DNA from: Podarcis cretensis
Taxonomy: Eukaryota
Reading direction: 5' to 3'
Length of the DNA stretch: 64,000 nucleotides
Assembly: GCA_951804945.1 (NCBI GenBank)
Contig: OX638156.1
Location: 40,610,001-40,674,000, forward strand
In this document: piece after piece, positions 61,001 through 64,000 of the stretch
How the letters are laid out: every line of letters starts with the position of its first letter
Position numbering within the stretch: the first letter of the stretch is position 1
Notes under the pieces: model-generated
Told to the model about the DNA's origin: nothing
Seen by the model: the letters and a program-made list of their open reading frames with translations, nothing else
The model's database searches: none
Position numbers and translations under genes: made by a program

Positions 61001-63823
61001 AAAGAAAAACCGCCATGAATAAAAAATTTAAATATCCAATAGTTCAGAAACGGATTATTCAGTCTGCCACCTGCCTGTTTATCTGGTGCAGTAACTGACC
61101 CTATTGCCACAAAATCAATGGAACATACTTCCGGGTTGGCGCCATCGCCGAATGGCGGACTCCCTCCGAGCTCCGGAGGGAGCCTGCTCGGCAGGGGTTG
61201 GGTCCCACCGCGCCGGCGACGCGGGGACCCTCAAAAACCATGGGCGCAGAAGCCCATGGACTTGGTGACTTGGCGGGCACCGTTTGCGCCCCCCGACCCG
61301 CGAAGAAGCCTTTTTAAAGGCTTCGGAGCGGGGGATGGGGGGTGGTGTGGTGCTATGAGTCCTCCGCTTCCCCTGCCGAGCGAAGCCGCATGCCATTCGA
61401 CGAAGAGCGCTGACTTCTTCTATTGAAAATTTGGACTGAAAATAATAAGACCTCTAATATAAACTTATAATCAAACTAACCAATAGAAACACCGCAAAGC
61501 ACTTCAAGAGACATCCATGCAACTCCTCTCTTACAGTGCCTGTCCCACATGTATCCAGAGCTGACATAAATAACAAACACACATTCTTCACTCCCCAATT
61601 CCTCTACTGTTTCCCTGTGTCTGTTTTAGAATAGAAATCTCTTAGGTTACAGGAATATATCCATACCGGTGCATAAATGATACTATATACACAACAAATA
61701 GTAATACTGTTGTTGCTATTAATATGCCACTAAGAACAAAATACTAGTACACATTCAGGTGAGGTGCCCTCTGATAGTAAGCTGTGTTCTAAGCCCAAAG
61801 TCAAGGACTTGGGCACCTTTGGAGAGCATTTGCTCTCTGCAATTGCTTGCTTGCCCACCAAGGCCTGTTTCCCTCCTTGCCCTTCTGATCTGTTTATGTA
61901 CTCAGTCATATGACTTGCCTAACTCGGATAGTGGGGACCTAACCCATGGTTGCACTGGAGGCCTCCTCCACGCCATCCAGAGAAATCTCTATTTTGCTGT
62001 ATTATGGAGAATACGATGAAAGACAGCTTATTTATAAAAAGGGCATACTAAGCATATTGGAGAACTTGAAGATGGACAGTTGACTTTGTTGACAAAGGAG
62101 TCAACAAGGTGTTAGTTGCATTTTTTTAAAAGAGACACACTGTTGAGCAGGGAAGTCACCAGAGAGACGAATTCCTCATTACCTCATAATCCATTTCCAG
62201 ACAGGCAAACATGGGATTTTCAAACCCCACATCTACTCCAACTACATGGTAAACCAAGGTGTTGGCTTTATGCGCTTCTAATGGGGAAGAAATTGTGAGT
62301 CGGGCTGCAGCATCCCTGTTCAGAATGTACACTAGCTTCTGCTTCTCAATGGCACCTATGAAGAGATAGACAGAGAGAACATTAGGAATACAGAAGCAGA
62401 AGATGTCTGCACTTTAATGCTTAAGGTGCCCAATCCCTACTCTTGCATAAGCAGGCCTTGCAGCCCTCTCAAGACACAGCAGTTTTCCCCTGCTACTTTC
62501 CTGTTGGAAGAACCAGTAGTTGCATTCAGATGTAAGACTAAACCAGTTTAACATTAGAAGTTGAACCACAGCAGGATTGGGTTTCGCACACCCATCCTCT
62601 TCTGGACTACAAGAGCCATAACTGCCATTGTCATAGTGCAGCCCCATATAAAGGAAAGGTGGCATTAAGGTAGCTGCATATGATCTTATAACCATGTCAG
62701 TGGAGGCTCACCTGAAGACACCTTTTTTCCCATCACAGGATGGTAAACAATTAGAAAACCATGTTCAACATTCAATGTTTTTACAGATCCACTTTAGCTA
62801 CTAAGATTTGTATCAAACCCCAAAATTACATTTCAGCTTTAAAAATATGGCATGATGCATGCATAAGAAAATGGGCATTTATGATGAGAACCTGATCAGA
62901 ATTGGATCCAAATGTCTCCACGTCTTATGTCAGAGAAGAGACATGAATTCCTAATCATCACTTCAGGGAAGAGAAAACTGTTGCACCAGTTATATGGGGC
63001 TTAAGTGCTTTTCTTCAAACTGACACCCACAGAAGGCTCCACTTACATCCCATTAAGCAAACTTAGCTCTATTTCTAGTTCAGTTTTCAGCAGTCATACA
63101 CATAACCACATCAAGTACCAAATGCGTAGAAGGGAAGTATTTTGAATTATGCTGCATTCCAACAAATTCTTCGTAACATGGAATCACCCTGATGGGCTGA
63201 GAGTAAATCTAGCTGGAGTGGCTAAGAGTATAAACTGGGAAACCCTGGTCTAAATATCAACTCAACCACAAACTCATTTAGATGGCCTAAGGAAACTCAC
63301 AACTTCTCAGTTCCCATTTGCAACACAGATCTAGTTGCACTGGGATCGCCAATAAAAGCACTTTTGATTGGAGCGGTTTCAAAACCTAGACCAAGGATAG
63401 AAAAACCAACCAATGTTTCTTATCCAAATCATTTCTCCCATTCAGTTACTCAACAGTATTATACAGCTACCACTGAAAACAACCATCCCAACTTACTGAT
63501 CATGACAGCTCGCCCCTTAGGATCCACAGCCAAATACTGTCCAGGAACAATTCTGCGACAGCCACTCTTGCCAAAGGTTTCCTGGTGTATCTTCTCAAAC
63601 ACATTTTTTGAGGGCTGATATTCCAAGATAACAATGCGACCTGAATCACTGCCCACCACAATGTAGTCTTTGGTTCCACCAGTTAATCTGAAGGCCATGA
63701 GAGAGCGAATGATTCCAAAGACTTCCACTGTCAGCAAAGTATGAACTTTTCCTGTGTTCGGATCAGGACGAAGCAACTCCAAGATTTTGCCTCGAGAAAC
63801 AACAATTTCTTGTTGTTTGGTAC
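31926..63823 (-). CDS. SF3B3: SF3B3, splicing factor 3B subunit 3 (SAP130); 5'-partial multi-exon CDS, 24 exons (human-equivalent exons 3-26)
   Basis: All exons have GT-AG boundaries with consistent phases. Translation runs [21 protein letters not shown]...[15 protein letters not shown], nearly identical to recalled vertebrate SF3B3. Confidence 0.98.
33021..33125 (-). CDS. SF3B3: SF3B3 exon 25
   Basis: [35 protein letters not shown]. Confidence 0.96.
33271..33520. mobile_element. hAT-type MITE
   Basis: Ends CAGGGGGAGGCAAC / TTGCTGACCCCTG; 8-bp TSD TCCTAGAG/TCCTAGAT. Confidence 0.8.
33575..33950 (-). mobile_element. Decayed LINE reverse-transcriptase fragment
   Basis: [14 protein letters not shown]...[18 protein letters not shown]...[18 protein letters not shown]...[15 protein letters not shown], with stops and frameshifts. 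Confidence 0.85.
34562..34705 (-). CDS. SF3B3: SF3B3 exon 24
   Basis: [48 protein letters not shown]. Confidence 0.96.
35762..35860 (-). CDS. SF3B3: SF3B3 exon 23
   Basis: [33 protein letters not shown]. Confidence 0.96.
36528..36740 (-). CDS. SF3B3: SF3B3 exon 22
   Basis: [48 protein letters not shown]...DKFGNICV. Confidence 0.96.
37085..37200. mobile_element. Degenerate hAT-like foldback MITE
   Basis: cagatgtttgggactaca...tgtagtccaaaacatttggaggg; related copies at ~17116, 43133-43265 and 51465-51575. Confidence 0.65.
37648..37773 (-). CDS. SF3B3: SF3B3 exon 21
   Basis: [42 protein letters not shown]. Confidence 0.96.
38575..38731 (-). CDS. SF3B3: SF3B3 exon 20
   Basis: [52 protein letters not shown]. 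Confidence 0.96.
39202..39407 (-). CDS. SF3B3: SF3B3 exon 19
   Basis: [43 protein letters not shown]...QNEAAF. Confidence 0.96.
39938..40112 (-). CDS. SF3B3: SF3B3 exon 18
   Basis: [58 protein letters not shown]. Confidence 0.96.
41045..41199 (-). CDS. SF3B3: SF3B3 exon 17
   Basis: [51 protein letters not shown]. Confidence 0.96.
41904..42026 (-). CDS. SF3B3: SF3B3 exon 16
   Basis: [41 protein letters not shown]. Confidence 0.96.
42630..42773 (-). CDS. SF3B3: SF3B3 exon 15
   Basis: [48 protein letters not shown]. Confidence 0.96.
43755..43910 (-). CDS. SF3B3: SF3B3 exon 14
   Basis: [52 protein letters not shown]. Confidence 0.96.
44340..44495 (-). CDS. SF3B3: SF3B3 exon 13
   Basis: [52 protein letters not shown]. 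Confidence 0.96.
45942..47130 (+). mobile_element. Second 5'-truncated L1-clade LINE nested inside the outer L1
   Basis: Open ORF2 C-terminus (45989-46765, [18 protein letters not shown]), own 3'UTR and (AAT)n tail; 18-bp TSD AAAAACCATATTGTTAGA (45924-45941 and 47131-47148). Confidence 0.93.
48420..48664. mobile_element. Penelope-like element remnant (inverted pseudo-LTR foldback) inside the L1 3'UTR
   Basis: ~96-bp inverted arms at 48454-48549 and 48568-48664; 12-bp TSD TAGTATTTTTGT (48408-48419 and 48665-48676). Confidence 0.85.
48565..48602 (+). ncRNA. Minimal type I hammerhead ribozyme motif (Penelope-associated)
   Basis: GUAU-CUGAAGA-A-GUGUGC AU GCACAC-GAAA-GC-UC^AUAC: both catalytic boxes, helix II, palindromic AGCU helix III and a 4-bp helix I. 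Confidence 0.7.
49133..49284 (-). CDS. SF3B3: SF3B3 exon 12
   Basis: [51 protein letters not shown]. Confidence 0.96.
54280..54305. repeat. (AC)n microsatellite
   Basis: About 12 units. Confidence 0.9.
55120..55192 (-). CDS. SF3B3: SF3B3 exon 11
   Basis: [24 protein letters not shown]. Confidence 0.96.
55507..55643. mobile_element. hAT-type foldback MITE (same family as 10853)
   Basis: TIR CAGGCATAGGCAAAC; TSD TTCTAGCC/TTCTAGCT. Confidence 0.9.
55761..55856 (-). CDS. SF3B3: SF3B3 exon 10
   Basis: [32 protein letters not shown]. Confidence 0.96.
56761..56926 (-). CDS. SF3B3: SF3B3 exon 9
   Basis: [55 protein letters not shown]. Confidence 0.96.
57122..57307. mobile_element. hAT-type MITE
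   Basis: Ends CAGGAGTTGTGAACCT / AGGTTGACTACCCCTG; perfect 8-bp TSD GTCTATCT. Confidence 0.88.
57729..57832 (-). CDS. SF3B3: SF3B3 exon 8
   Basis: [34 protein letters not shown]. Confidence 0.96.
57946..58002. repeat. Compound (TC)n(AC)n microsatellite
   Basis: Seen directly, ~35 nt from the SF3B3 exon 7 donor. Confidence 0.95.
58037..58174 (-). CDS. SF3B3: SF3B3 exon 7
   Basis: [46 protein letters not shown]. Confidence 0.96.
58874..58943 (-). ncRNA. SNORD111: C/D box snoRNA, SNORD111 family (intron 6 copy)
   Basis: Minus strand GCTTGAtGTGATGA...ATGTCTCTTCT-CTGA...TGGAGA...CTGA-TCAAGC; same guide, terminal stem GCTTGA/TCAAGC. Confidence 0.9.
59843..59955 (-). CDS. SF3B3: SF3B3 exon 6
   Basis: [38 protein letters not shown]. 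Confidence 0.96.
60654..60795 (-). CDS. SF3B3: SF3B3 exon 5
   Basis: [47 protein letters not shown]. Confidence 0.96.
61127..61425 (+). mobile_element. CpG-rich structured element, probably a detached LINE (L1) 5'UTR/internal promoter
   Basis: Abrupt GC/CpG-rich block in an AT-rich intron, beginning ACTTCCGG and with CGCCAT/ATGGCG (ETS- and YY1-like) motifs and many inverted repeats. Family assignment is from memory and is unverified. Confidence 0.5.
62183..62355 (-). CDS. SF3B3: SF3B3 exon 4
   Basis: [58 protein letters not shown]. Confidence 0.96.
62891..62967 (-). ncRNA. SNORD111B: C/D box snoRNA, SNORD111 family (intron 3 copy, SNORD111B-like)
   Basis: Minus strand CCTGAaGTGATGA(C box)...TTCATGTCTCTTCT-CTGA(D')...TGGAGA(C')...CTGA(D)TCAGG with a terminal stem. 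The guide is complementary to 28S rRNA GAAGAGACAUGA. SF3B3 is the known SNORD111 host gene. Confidence 0.9.
63497..63823 (-). CDS. SF3B3: SF3B3 exon 3
   Basis: GTKQQEIVV...DPKGRAVMI; 327 nt, ttttag / gtaagt. Confidence 0.96.
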
Positions 63824-64000
63824 CTAAAAAGAAAAGAAAAACCTGATCATCAGCCAAAGAGGAAGATGGCCAAAGCATCAGCACTTCTCTATCAAACCTC
63901 CCATTGCTGCTTACAAGTTCAAAAGTGCCTTGTAGGTTTGTTTTCCCTACCTGAGTTGTGACCACTTTTTACAGAGAGAACACATAAGTAGTTGTCCTGA

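Noticed and set aside
61118-61426. 102-aa and 93-aa ORFs over the CpG-rich element
   Set aside because: Pro/Gly/Arg-rich products of GC composition with no domain; the signal is at the nucleotide-structure level

Overview
Vertebrate genomic DNA, most likely from a squamate reptile (probably a lacertid lizard, judging by the Sauria SINE, hAT MITEs and Penelope/L1 repeats). It contains two convergent, tail-to-tail spliced genes. MTSS2/MTSS1L is on the + strand: 12 coding exons from 7227 to the stop at 25492, including a 9-nt microexon, with a 3'UTR to about 29135 and its 5' exons outside the window. SF3B3 is on the - strand: 24 coding exons from 63823 to the stop at 31926, with its start codon outside the window. 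SF3B3 hosts two C/D box snoRNAs of the SNORD111 family. Most ORFs in the six-frame track are spurious. Main points of interest: (1) only about 2.25 kb separates the two poly(A) signals, and no IL34 is recognisable where mammals carry it; (2) a three-layer nested retroelement in an SF3B3 intron, with three intact target-site duplications (TSDs); (3) a Penelope-type foldback inside it carrying a minimal hammerhead-ribozyme motif; (4) a CpG-rich, highly base-paired ~290-bp element in an SF3B3 intron; (5) several candidate alternative-splicing features in MTSS2; (6) a dense cluster of miRNA seed sites at the MTSS2 poly(A) signal. Exon numbers follow the human genes from memory. No database searches were run.
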